Assembly (NCBI GenBank): GCA_025355505.1
Contig: JANXZM010000009.1
Coordinates: 45,083 to 109,082, forward strand
Source of the DNA: Acidobacteriaceae bacterium
GTDB taxonomy: Bacteria; Acidobacteriota; Terriglobia; Terriglobales; Acidobacteriaceae
Reading direction: 5' to 3'
Length of the DNA: 64,000 nucleotides
Shown here in pieces: positions 56,285 through 64,000 of the stretch. Within the stretch, counting starts at the first letter, position 1. Each line of letters opens with the position of its first letter. The notes under the pieces were generated by a model, which was given only the letters and a program-made list of their open reading frames with translations, did no database searches and was not told the origin of the DNA. The position numbers and the translations under genes were made by a program.

Positions 56285-57753
56285 AGCGCGCAAATTGTTT
56301 TTCTTTTGCTCTGGTTCTGTTGATTTGCTTTTTCAGCGGCAATTTGCACCTCTGGGCGCAGACGCAGACTTGGCAGCAGATCGCAATTCCGAAGTTGCCG
56401 GCGTTTCATCCGGCGCAGCCGAAGCGGATCGAGTTGCCGAATGGCATGGTGGTGTTTCTTCAGGAAGACCACGAGTTACCCATGATTGATGGCACGGCTC
56501 GGATTCGGGGCGGCGAGCGCTCGGCTCCGGCGAACAAGATGGGGCTGACCGAGATTTATGGCGAAGTGTGGCGCACGGGCGGGACGAAGACACAGACCGG
56601 CGATCAATTGGACGACTATCTGGAGCAGCGCGCAGCGAAGGTCGAGACCGGCGCAAGCGGCGACTCGACGACGGTGAGCTGGTCGTGTCTGAAAGAAGAT
56701 TTCGACGACGTGTTTCGCGTGTTCGAAGATCTGCTGAGGAATCCGGAGTTCCGCGCCGGCAAAATTGAAATTGGGCAGAAGGGGATTTACGACGGCATCT
56801 CGCGGCGCAACGACGATCCGGGGCAGATTGCGGGACGGGAAGCGGCGAAGCTGGCGTACGGCGCACAGAATCCTTATGCGCGGGTCGCGGAGTATGCGAC
56901 GGTGGCGGCGATCACGCGGCAGGATCTGGTGGAGTGGCACGGAAAGCACGTTCACCCGAACAACATCATTGTTGGAGTGGTTGGCGACTTTGATTCGGCG
57001 AAGATGGAAGCTCGTCTGCGCGAAGCGTTTGCTTCGTGGCCTCGGGGTCAGGCGGCGAAGGATGCGGAGATCAAACCGGAGCCCGCGAAACCGGGATATT
57101 ACCAGGTCGATAAGACCGACGTGAATCAAAGCAACATTCAAATGGTGGCACTGGGCATTACGCGCAAGAACCCCGATTACTTCGCGATCTCGGTGTTCAA
57201 TGAGGCGTTCGGCGGAGGATTTTCGTCGCGTTTATTTGGCGACATTCGAACCACGAAAGGACTCGCGTACGCAGTCGGCGGTGGAGTGAGCGCGGGCTGG
57301 GATCATCCGGGGATGCTGCGGCTGATGATGAGCACGAAGAGCAAGACCACGATCGAATCCATTGAGGCGCTGGATGAGGAGATTGCCGACCTCGGGAAGC
57401 GTCCTATTAATGATGAGGAGATCAAACGCGCCAAGGACGCGATTCTGAATTCTTTTGTCTTCCGTTTCGATTCGCCGGGGAAAGTTTTGCAGGAAAAAAT
57501 GGCGTATGAGTTTTACGGCTATCCGCTGGATTTTCTGGAGAACTTTCAGAGAGAGATTGAGAAAGTCACGAAAGAAGACGTGGCGCGGGTGGCGGCGAAG
57601 TACATCCATCGCGAGCAGATGGCGGTGCTGGTGGTGGGCAACGTGAGCGAATTCGACAAGCCTTTGTCGTCGCTGGGGACGGTTAACCAACTGGATATCG
57701 CGATTCCGGCGGCGCCGCCGGGGCTGCTTCCGGAACCGGGCGAGCATCCGTAA
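56281..57753 (+). CDS. M16-family peptidase-like protein lacking the HxxEH motif (non-catalytic partner)
   Basis: 490-aa ORF whose GTG start overlaps the upstream stop (GTGA). M16 fold motifs are present, but no HxxEH. Confidence 0.8.
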   Translation: MKRANCFSFALVLLICFFSGNLHLWAQTQTWQQIAIPKLPAFHPAQPKRIELPNGMVVFLQEDHELPMIDGTARIRGGERSAPANKMGLTEIYGEVWRTGGTKTQTGDQLDDYLEQRAAKVETGASGDSTTVSWSCLKEDFDDVFRVFEDLLRNPEFRAGKIEIGQKGIYDGISRRNDDPGQIAGREAAKLAYGAQNPYARVAEYATVAAITRQDLVEWHGKHVHPNNIIVGVVGDFDSAKMEARLREAFASWPRGQAAKDAEIKPEPAKPGYYQVDKTDVNQSNIQMVALGITRKNPDYFAISVFNEAFGGGFSSRLFGDIRTTKGLAYAVGGGVSAGWDHPGMLRLMMSTKSKTTIESIEALDEEIADLGKRPINDEEIKRAKDAILNSFVFRFDSPGKVLQEKMAYEFYGYPLDFLENFQREIEKVTKEDVARVAAKYIHREQMAVLVVGNVSEFDKPLSSLGTVNQLDIAIPAAPPGLLPEPGEHP

Positions 57754-57777
57754 GGGCGCAAGTTCGCGCGCCGCAGT

Positions 57778-57804
57778 GAGACGCGGCAAGCGGCGTCTCT
57801 ACGG
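57778..57804. repeat. Repeat family A hairpin, best copy (7-bp stem GAGACGC/GCGTCTC)
   Basis: gagacgcggcaagcggcgtctctacgg, between convergent genes. Confidence 0.65.
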
Positions 57805-58371
57805 TTGCTGTGGTTTCTTATCCTGATTAGGCTTGGGGTGTCCGGGTGGCAGGGCACCGGTTGCGCCGTGCGGACTGGCTGTACCCATCTTCATCATTGG
57901 CGAGATCGGCATGTTGGAGTGGGAACCGGCGCCCGCGCCCATGGGGAATGTGCCTGGGGCATAGCAGGTCACTCGGCCGCTTGGCGCAACGCGAAGTTCC
58001 GCAGGACAATCCGCACTCACAAGGCCGGCACCACCCGCCTGTGACTGCACCGCATACAGCTTCCCCTGAGCATTGCCGGCGACCGCAACATTCATGCCTG
58101 GCATTTCGTACTCCACATAAAAAGGAGTGTTGGCTTTGGAGGCGTCCACGGCGCACTTACTGGCGGCGTCCAACTCAGTTCTAACCTGCGACTTGAAAAA
58201 GCCGCAGTTGGTTGCGGCGCGGCCGGCGAGTTCCTGGAGTTTTTTCTGGACTGGATCGTCGGGCGAACTGGCGGCGCTAGCGGGGTTGGCCGAAGCGGTG
58301 GAAGACTTGGCCTTGCCGCAGCCGGTCAGGAGGCAGGCAGCCATGAGGAATAAGGGAAGGGCTTTGCGCAT
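57799..58371 (-). CDS. Lipoprotein, unknown function
   Basis: 190-aa ORF with a lipobox (LLTGCGKAKSS). Confidence 0.6.
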   Translation of the reverse strand: MRKALPLFLMAACLLTGCGKAKSSTASANPASAASSPDDPVQKKLQELAGRAATNCGFFKSQVRTELDAASKCAVDASKANTPFYVEYEMPGMNVAVAGNAQGKLYAVQSQAGGAGLVSADCPAELRVAPSGRVTCYAPGTFPMGAGAGSHSNMPISPMMKMGTASPHGATGALPPGHPKPNQDKKPQQP

Positions 58372-58453
58372 GGTGCATCCTATTTTATTCGACGGAGAGC
58401 CCGATGAGTGTGCTTTTGGCAGCGGCCGGCGTACTCGGCGTCTTGGCGGTGAG

Positions 58454-59539
58454 CTACCCAGGCATGAGCTCGCGATACATCTGGTGAAAGGCGTGGACGC
58501 CTTTTTCCTGTTTCACGCTGTAGCGGCCGCTGTGGTAGCTGCGGGAATGGAGATTTTTCTGAACGATCTCGCAGATGCCGACGTCTTCGATCTGAATCTG
58601 GTCGCTGAAAGCTACAGCTTTGCGGGCGGCTTCGCTGCCCAGATCTTTCTCGGGCAAATACCATTCAAAAATTGCCATCGTGCGCTCGGGCCCGAGGGGC
58701 AGGATGATGTTGAGCGAGACGTTATCGGGATAGCAGTTGAGCATCCAGTTGGGAAAGACCCAGAAATAATCGGCGGTGAGGTCAGGGCCCGATTGCTGGT
58801 ACCGGCGCGGGGCGGCGTCTCCGGACTGAGGGCCGCGGATCGGGGTCCACTGGCGAACGTACTGGGGATAAGGCTCGACGGTGTAGGCGTTGTAGTCGAT
58901 TTCGCGATTGAGCGCAGGGTGGACGCTCGGCACGTGGTAGCCCTCGAGATAGTTGTCGATGTAGGTCTTCCAGTTGCAGTTCATTTCGTAGGTGCGGCGT
59001 TCGGAAAACTTCATGCTGCTGAAATCGAACTTCTCGGCATGGGCGGGCAATTCGCCCAGACACTCGCGCAGCGGACGGGCCTCGGGATCGAGATTGACGA
59101 AGATGAGGTTGAACCATTCCTCGAGGCGAACCGGGGCGAGACCGAAGTCTTTGGGATCGAAATGCTCCACGCCATCGAATTCGGGGGTAACCAGGAGCGC
59201 GCCGTCGAGGCGGTAGGTCCAGCCGTGATAGCCGCAGCGGAAGAGCTTGCGGTTTCCGCAGCCGGAGGCGGGGTTGCCGGCGCGATGGCGGCAGACGTTA
59301 TGAAAGCATCGCAGGACACCGTCGTCGCCGCGGGCGATGAGGAGCGGCTCTCCGATGAGGTCGAAGGTAAAGTAGTCGCCGGGGCTGGCGGCCTGATGCA
59401 CATGACCGACAACCTGCCAGGAGGAGGCGAAGAGCCTGGTTTTTTCGTACTCAAAAGTTTCCGGGGTGAAATAGAGAGATGCGGGCAGAGTGGAAGCGCG
59501 AGCGATGTCGCGGTCGGTGTTCAATTGAAGGTTCGGCAT
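58454..59539 (-). CDS. Rieske [2Fe-2S] aromatic-ring-hydroxylating oxygenase, alpha-subunit type
   Basis: 361-aa ORF with the Rieske motif CRHRAG...CGYHGW and a C-terminal catalytic domain with His/Asp ligands (EGYHVPSVH). Confidence 0.85.
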   Translation of the reverse strand: MPNLQLNTDRDIARASTLPASLYFTPETFEYEKTRLFASSWQVVGHVHQAASPGDYFTFDLIGEPLLIARGDDGVLRCFHNVCRHRAGNPASGCGNRKLFRCGYHGWTYRLDGALLVTPEFDGVEHFDPKDFGLAPVRLEEWFNLIFVNLDPEARPLRECLGELPAHAEKFDFSSMKFSERRTYEMNCNWKTYIDNYLEGYHVPSVHPALNREIDYNAYTVEPYPQYVRQWTPIRGPQSGDAAPRRYQQSGPDLTADYFWVFPNWMLNCYPDNVSLNIILPLGPERTMAIFEWYLPEKDLGSEAARKAVAFSDQIQIEDVGICEIVQKNLHSRSYHSGRYSVKQEKGVHAFHQMYRELMPG

Positions 59540-59561
59540 GGGCGCTCCTGCGAGGGCTATT

Positions 59562-59783
59562 CTACCGCCGAGACGCGGAGGACGCCGAGAAGAAACGAGG
59601 AAAAGCAGGAGCTTGCATCCCGCGGATCATCGAGTAACAACGAGGGAATCAAAACGTTGTATTTTTGAGAACGCCGCGAGAATAAGAAAAACAGGATGGG
59701 CGGCCCAGCACCGATCGAGCACGTAAGCGTCTGCCGCTTTTCCTTGCTTTGTCTCGGCGCACTCGGCGTCTCGGCGGTGCAGG
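59562..59783. mobile_element. MITE-like element: about 48-bp imperfect terminal inverted repeats (family B) around a ~125-bp non-coding core
   Basis: The left arm ctaccgccgagacgcggaggacgccgagaagaaacgaggaaaagcagg matches the reverse complement of the right arm gccgcttttccttgctttgtctcggcgcactcggcgtctcggcggtgcagg at roughly 80% by eye. Confidence 0.5.
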
Positions 59784-60042
59784 TTTCTTCCGGTTATGCC
59801 GGCGGAGAGACGCAAGAAAAGCAGAGGGGGGCGTTCCCAGAATGGGAGTTGCGGCGTGGGACGGGCGGTTTGGCGGAGGGATGGAGACGATGGGCGACTG
59901 GCAAAATTTGTCAATCTGGGTCTCTGAAAGTGTCATACTGGGAGGATGAAGGATGACTGAGGAGGTGACGATCCCGCAGAAAATCGCTGAAAACACTGAA
60001 TTTTCGTCCAGAAGAACATATGACTTCCGTCACTTGGGTCTC

Positions 60043-60058
60043 TGGCCCTCAGAGTGCG
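60043..60058 (+). promoter_or_regulatory. Possible sigma-54 (-24/-12) promoter for the pilin-like gene
   Basis: TGGCCCTCAGAGTGCG has GG and GC at the canonical spacing of TGGCAC-N5-TTGC. It lies about 60 nt upstream of ATG 60119. Confidence 0.3.
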
Positions 60059-60118
60059 ATAGTACATGCGAGTTGGTCATCCAACCAAGACAGTCAAATG
60101 GAGACGAGGATAATTTAA

Positions 60119-60616
60119 ATGAGGAAACAGAAGGGCTTCTCACTGATCGAACTGCTGATTGTGGTCGCGATCATCCTGATCATCGCCGCGATTGCTATCC
60201 CGAACCTGCTGCGCGCACGTATTGCGGCCAATGAGTCGGCTGCGGCCAGCGGGATTCGCACCATTAACACAGCGGAAGTATCGTACAACTCCGCTTACAC
60301 GGCGGTGGGCTATTCAGCCGCTCTTCCGTCGTTGGGCCCGGGCGGCATTGCCGCCGCATGTCCGGCCCCGCCAATCGCAGCAAAGTCTTGTCTGATTGAC
60401 GGCGTGCTCGCTGCAGGCGTTAAGGGCGGTTACACTTACGGGTATACGCCAACTGTCGGCGGCACCGTGAACACGGGGTACGCAGTCGCGGCGAAGCCCA
60501 CGACCGCTAACTCGACCGGCGTTCGCTCCTTCTGCTCCTTTGAGGATGCGGTAGTCCGCGTTGACCCGACCGGTGCGCTAGCCGCTACTTGCCCGGTCAC
60601 AACCGTCCCGATCTAA
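60119..60616 (+). CDS. Type IV pilin / T2SS pseudopilin-like protein (prepilin N-terminal methylation motif)
   Basis: MRKQKGFSLIELLIVVAIILIIAAIAIPNLLRARIAANESAAASGIRTINTAEVSY: a G|F cleavage site with Glu at +5. Confidence 0.9.
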   Translation: MRKQKGFSLIELLIVVAIILIIAAIAIPNLLRARIAANESAAASGIRTINTAEVSYNSAYTAVGYSAALPSLGPGGIAAACPAPPIAAKSCLIDGVLAAGVKGGYTYGYTPTVGGTVNTGYAVAAKPTTANSTGVRSFCSFEDAVVRVDPTGALAATCPVTTVPI

Positions 60617-60660
60617 GAAACGGCATTGGCGAGGTACCTGGGGGAGGGTCCAAGCCAAGG

Positions 60661-60697
60661 GGGCATCGGAGCAATCCGATGCTCCTTATTTTTTTGG
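60661..60697 (+). terminator. Rho-independent terminator
   Basis: gcatcgga-gcaa-tccgatgc stem-loop followed by ttattttttt. Confidence 0.75.
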
Positions 60698-60948
60698 GGC
60701 GAGATTTTCTTTTGGGACAACCGCAAAGTATCGAACTACGGCTTGGGGGGTGACACTTTCTGTCAAGGCGGGGCGCAGGCTCGGATGTGAGTCGCCTTAT
60801 CATTTTCCAGGTGCAATGAACTTCTGTGTTAGCAATGGCATAGGGGATCGCCCCACGGGCCAAAGATGCCTTTCGGAACGGCCCTGCGCATGCACATGGA
60901 AAAGGGATGGAGCCTGTTGTTAGCAGGAGCTACACCGTGGGAAACGCT

Positions 60949-61464
60949 ATGCGGAAGCAGAATGGATTTTCGTTAATCGAGCTGCTGATCGTGGTGGCAA
61001 TCATACTGTTGATTGCGGCGATCGCGATCCCGAACCTGCTGCGTGCCAGGATGGCAGCCAACGAGTCATCCGCCGCCGCGGGGATACGGAGCATTACGTC
61101 GGCTGAAATTGCATACTTCAGCGGTTTCCCGGCCGTCGGATATGCAGTGCAACTGCAGGATCTCGGGCGAACTTCCCCGTGCATACCGGCGCAGACCCAC
61201 GCTTGCCTGCTGGATGACAGCATGGCGAATGCCATCCCGGGAAGCGCGGGGCACAGTGGCTATCAGTTCCTCGCCACCGGAATCAACTCTGGGAGCGCGA
61301 TTAACAGTGATTTTGTGGCCGGAACGACACCGGTGACCGCAAGCAGTACAGGATCCCGCGACTTTTGCACGATCACGGATGGAGCGTTGCGCAGCCAACC
61401 TTCGGCAGGTGGAGTTCCCCCAAACACGCTCGCGCCTTGTCTGGCCTATCCGCTCGCGCAGTAG
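60949..61464 (+). CDS. Type IV pilin / pseudopilin-like protein, paralog of 60119..60616
   Basis: ORF 60907..61464. The start at 60949 gives MRKQNGFSLIELLIVVAIILLIAAIAIPNLLRARMAANESSAAAGIRSITSAEIAY. Confidence 0.9.
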   Translation: MRKQNGFSLIELLIVVAIILLIAAIAIPNLLRARMAANESSAAAGIRSITSAEIAYFSGFPAVGYAVQLQDLGRTSPCIPAQTHACLLDDSMANAIPGSAGHSGYQFLATGINSGSAINSDFVAGTTPVTASSTGSRDFCTITDGALRSQPSAGGVPPNTLAPCLAYPLAQ

Positions 61465-61506
61465 AAAAAGTTTGGCGCGTACCTGGGGGAGGGTACCAAC
61501 CGGAGA

Positions 61507-61540
61507 GAGCCTGGAAGAAATTCCGGGCTCTTAATCTTTT
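61507..61540 (+). terminator. Rho-independent terminator
   Basis: gagcctggaa-gaaa-ttccgggctc (one G-U pair) followed by ttaatctttt. Confidence 0.6.
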
Positions 61541-61561
61541 GGCTGCGAGAACGGATTTGTA

Positions 61562-61688
61562 GCAGCCTGTGGTGAAAGTGAGTTTTCGATGCCCAGCCGC
61601 TAAAGAAGCGTCTGATTTCAAGAAGTGTCGGCATCGCTAAACAACTAAAGCGATGCCCTAATACGAACCCATTCTCACCACGGGCTGC
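61562..61688. repeat. Nested inverted repeats (candidate structured RNA or MITE-like element)
   Basis: Outer arms are gcagcctgtggtgaaagtgagtt (61562-84) and aacccattctcaccacgggctgc (61666-88). The inner hairpin is ggcatcgct-N10-agcgatgcc (61630-57). Confidence 0.45.
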
Positions 61689-61811
61689 CAGCCATCGCCT
61701 CGGAAAACCAACCCCATAGTTACCTCCGATATGCGGGTTGCGTCGCTACCAGTTCCTGGACGTCACGCGTTTGCTTATAATTATTTAACGCTGAAGAATT
61801 AAGACACGTCC

Positions 61812-62753
61812 ATGATTGCCATTGAAACCATCCATCTAGAAAAAACTTACGCGGTGGGTTTTTGGCGGAAGAAGCCGCGCGTGGCGCTGCGGCCGCTGAA
61901 CCTGACGGTCGAGGAAGGCGAGGTCTTTGGCTTTCTGGGGCCGAACGGCGCCGGCAAGACGACCACGCTGAAGCTGCTGATGGGGTTGGTCAGCCCGACT
62001 GGGGGGACGGCTCGCATCCTGGGCAAAAACATCTACGAAGCGGAGGTCAAGGCGCAGATCGGCTTTCTGCCGGAGCAGCCCTATTTCTACGACTACCTGA
62101 CTGCGAAGGAGCTGCTGGAGTACTACGCTCAGCTTTCCGGGATGCAGCCAAAGGAGCGCAGCCAGAAGATTGATGCCATGCTGGAGCGGGTTGGCCTGAA
62201 AGACGCAGCGCGGTTGCAGCTGCGGAAGTTCTCCAAGGGCATGCTGCAAAGGGTGGGTTTGGCGCAAGCCATTCTGCACGACCCAAAAGTGGTTTTTCTG
62301 GATGAGCCCATGTCGGGACTGGATCCAATGGGCCGGCGCGAAGTGCGCGACTTGATTGAAGAACTGAAGCAGCAAGGCAAGACCGTGTTTTTCTCGACCC
62401 ATATTCTTTCAGACGCCGAGGCGTTATGCGACCGGGTGGCGGTGATCCACCAGGGAGAACTGCGAGGAGTGGGGCGCGTGGCCGAACTGACCTCGTCGGT
62501 GGCAGGCAAGGTAGAGTTGATTTGGAATGGAAGCGCGGTTCCGGCTGGGTTCAGTGCACTGGGAGCGGAGTGTTACACGAGCGGGGAGAGGGCGCGCGCG
62601 GTGGTGGCAGATGTACAGCAAGAGGCGGCGCTGGAAATCCTGAGGCGGGAGCGGCTGCGGCTGATCTCGCTGACGCCGGTGCGCTCCTCGCTGGAAGAGT
62701 ATTACCTGCAGAAAGTGAATTCGGCGGTCAAGCCGGCGGGGGTGGCGCAATGA
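61812..62753 (+). CDS. ABC transporter ATP-binding protein (ABC-2 subfamily type)
   Basis: 313-aa ORF with Walker A (GPNGAGKTT), signature (FSKGMLQRVGLA) and Walker B (VVFLDEPMSGLD). Confidence 0.9.
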   Translation: MIAIETIHLEKTYAVGFWRKKPRVALRPLNLTVEEGEVFGFLGPNGAGKTTTLKLLMGLVSPTGGTARILGKNIYEAEVKAQIGFLPEQPYFYDYLTAKELLEYYAQLSGMQPKERSQKIDAMLERVGLKDAARLQLRKFSKGMLQRVGLAQAILHDPKVVFLDEPMSGLDPMGRREVRDLIEELKQQGKTVFFSTHILSDAEALCDRVAVIHQGELRGVGRVAELTSSVAGKVELIWNGSAVPAGFSALGAECYTSGERARAVVADVQQEAALEILRRERLRLISLTPVRSSLEEYYLQKVNSAVKPAGVAQ

Positions 62754-63523
62754 GCCGAGTCGTGTACATCGCCGCTAACACCTTCCGCGAAGCGGTACGC
62801 GATCGTGTTCTTTACAACCTGATCGCCTTCGCCGTGCTGCTCTCGGGAGCCGCGATCCTGGTGGGGCAGATCTCGATCGACATCGAGCGCTTGGTAGTGG
62901 TGAACCTGGGGCTGACGGCAGTGTCGCTGTTTGGAGTGGTGATCGCGATTTTTATCGGGATTGGCCTGGTCTCGAAGGAGATGGAGAAGCGCACGCTATA
63001 CACGGTGCTGTCGCGTCCGGTGCGGCGCTGGGAATTCATCGTCGGCAAGTTTTTCGGGCTCGCCGGGACGCTGTTGGTAAACACATTTTTCATGGCCGTT
63101 GGGGTGTTTGCGGCGCTGCTGTATGTGTCGCACAAGTTCCAGTCCTCCGATGCGTGGATTTTGGTAGCGTTGTTCTTCATCGTGCTGCAATTGCTGATTC
63201 TATGCTCGCTGGCGTTGCTGTTCTCGTCGTTCTCATCCCCGCTGCTGTCGGCCGTGTTTGCCTTCTCACTGTTTGTGATCGGCAGCTTCGCCGAGGATCT
63301 GCGGCTGTTTGCCAGGATGACGCGGGGTCTGACGCACGGGTTGGCGGCGACGGCGGCGTATCTGGTGCCGAACTTCTCGGCGCTGAATGTGATCGGGCAG
63401 GTGGCGCACGAACAACCCATCTCCTGGCATCTGATCGCCTGCAATACGGCCTATGCGCTGGCGTATTCGACGATGGCGATCTGCGGCGCGGTGCTGATTT
63501 TCGAGCGCAGAAACCTGAAATGA
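62750..63523 (+). CDS. ABC-2-type transporter permease
   Basis: ORF 62426..63523. ATG at 62750 overlaps the upstream stop (ATGA): MSRVVYIAANTFREAVRDRVLYNLIAF. Six hydrophobic helices. Confidence 0.8.
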   Translation: MSRVVYIAANTFREAVRDRVLYNLIAFAVLLSGAAILVGQISIDIERLVVVNLGLTAVSLFGVVIAIFIGIGLVSKEMEKRTLYTVLSRPVRRWEFIVGKFFGLAGTLLVNTFFMAVGVFAALLYVSHKFQSSDAWILVALFFIVLQLLILCSLALLFSSFSSPLLSAVFAFSLFVIGSFAEDLRLFARMTRGLTHGLAATAAYLVPNFSALNVIGQVAHEQPISWHLIACNTAYALAYSTMAICGAVLIFERRNLK

Positions 63524-64000
63524 GCGGCTCGCGCAAAGTTACGGCGGCTGCGAGCGTGCTGCTGCTGCTTTCGCTGGCTGGTTCCGTCCTTCTTTTGCGG
63601 CGGCTCGATCAAGCGCGCACCACCGCTACGCCGGAAGAAGTTTTGTATCTGAATTCGCCGAAGTGGGTGAAGCGCCTGAGCCTGGGCTATGACGGGTTGC
63701 TGGCCGACATCTACTGGACACGCGCGGTGCAGTATTTCGGCGGCAGGCATGTGGTGGGGGCGAAGGATTACAGGCTGCTGTACCCGCTCCTGGAAATCAC
63801 CACGGCGCTTGATCCAAAGCTGATCGTGGCGTACCAGTTTGGTGCAAACTTCGTGGCGCCGAATCCGCCGGAGGGCGCAGGCATGCCCGACAAGGCGGTC
63901 GCCCTGGTGGAGTATGGCATCCGGAACAATCCTGATAACTGGAAGTTGTATTACGAGCTGGGCTTTATCTACTACTACATGAAACCAACGGATTATGGGA
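63520..64000 (+). CDS. Membrane-anchored protein of unknown function, co-transcribed with the ABC-2 transporter (partial, continues past the window end)
   Basis: My translation from ATG 63520 (ATGA overlap): MSGSRKVTAAASVLLLLSLAGSVLLLRRLDQARTTATPEEVLYLNSPKWVKRLSLGYDGLLADIYWTRAVQYFGG...; open to position 64000. Confidence 0.55.
   Translation, partial: MSGSRKVTAAASVLLLLSLAGSVLLLRRLDQARTTATPEEVLYLNSPKWVKRLSLGYDGLLADIYWTRAVQYFGGRHVVGAKDYRLLYPLLEITTALDPKLIVAYQFGANFVAPNPPEGAGMPDKAVALVEYGIRNNPDNWKLYYELGFIYYYMKPTDYG

Noticed and set aside
58127-59668. 513-aa plus-strand ORF spanning the lipoprotein and Rieske oxygenase genes
   Set aside because: Antisense shadow ORF. The minus-strand products have a lipobox and a Rieske CxH...CxxH motif respectively.

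Overview
GC-rich bacterial chromosomal segment (GC not computed). The gene content looks Acidobacteriota-like: CarboxypepD_reg-type outer-membrane proteins, multiple pilin-like genes, a GloVer-repeat protein and several short palindromic intergenic repeat families. All calls rest on motif recognition in the supplied translations and on my own reading of the DNA; no homology search was run. I support about 50 protein genes, 2 tRNAs (Asp-GTC, Leu-TAG), 5 decayed genes and several repeat families.

Main blocks, left to right:
1. 1.3-14.9 kb: a redox locus. It holds a c554-like multihaem cytochrome; a 4-gene operon (NuoE/F-like NADH module, an Fe-S protein carrying two intact cNMP-binding domains, a His-rich 5-TM protein, and a membrane-anchored decahaem cytochrome); and a convergent operon encoding an outer-membrane barrel plus a 1253-aa multihaem cytochrome fused to an LVIVD-type beta-propeller.
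2. 15-20 kb: FecR plus CHASE2 adenylate/guanylate cyclase, divergent from a tandem GlcG/HbpS-like lipoprotein.
3. 20-27 kb: AraC regulator, APC permease and a giant TonB-dependent receptor.
4. 27.3-31.7 kb: a decayed island at tRNA-Asp carrying qNor and a hemerythrin-like protein.
5. 32-37 kb: methyltransferase, orphan CoxIII/NorE-like gene and secA.
6. 37-40 kb: small accessory patch with a PIN toxin preceded by three tandem paralogous RHH antitoxins, plus orphan membrane and secreted proteins.
7. 40-43 kb: acyl-AMP ligase/carrier domain/PlsC acyltransferase fusion.
8. 43-47.5 kb: degenerate HD-GYP protein, a RAYT gene with flanking REPs, and tandem xerC/xerD.
9. 47.8-50.6 kb: GloVer/IPT surface protein broken at a G8 tract, and a Cys-rich 7-blade propeller.
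10. 51.8-54.7 kb: arsR-arsM-arsC-acr3, with an in-frame TGA in arsC.
11. 54.7-64 kb: M16 peptidase pair, Rieske oxygenase, two pilin paralogs and an ABC-2 transporter.

The best candidate for an undescribed system is the NADH-module / cNMP-binding Fe-S / membrane / decahaem operon together with its outer-membrane cytochrome partner and the nearby cyclase.
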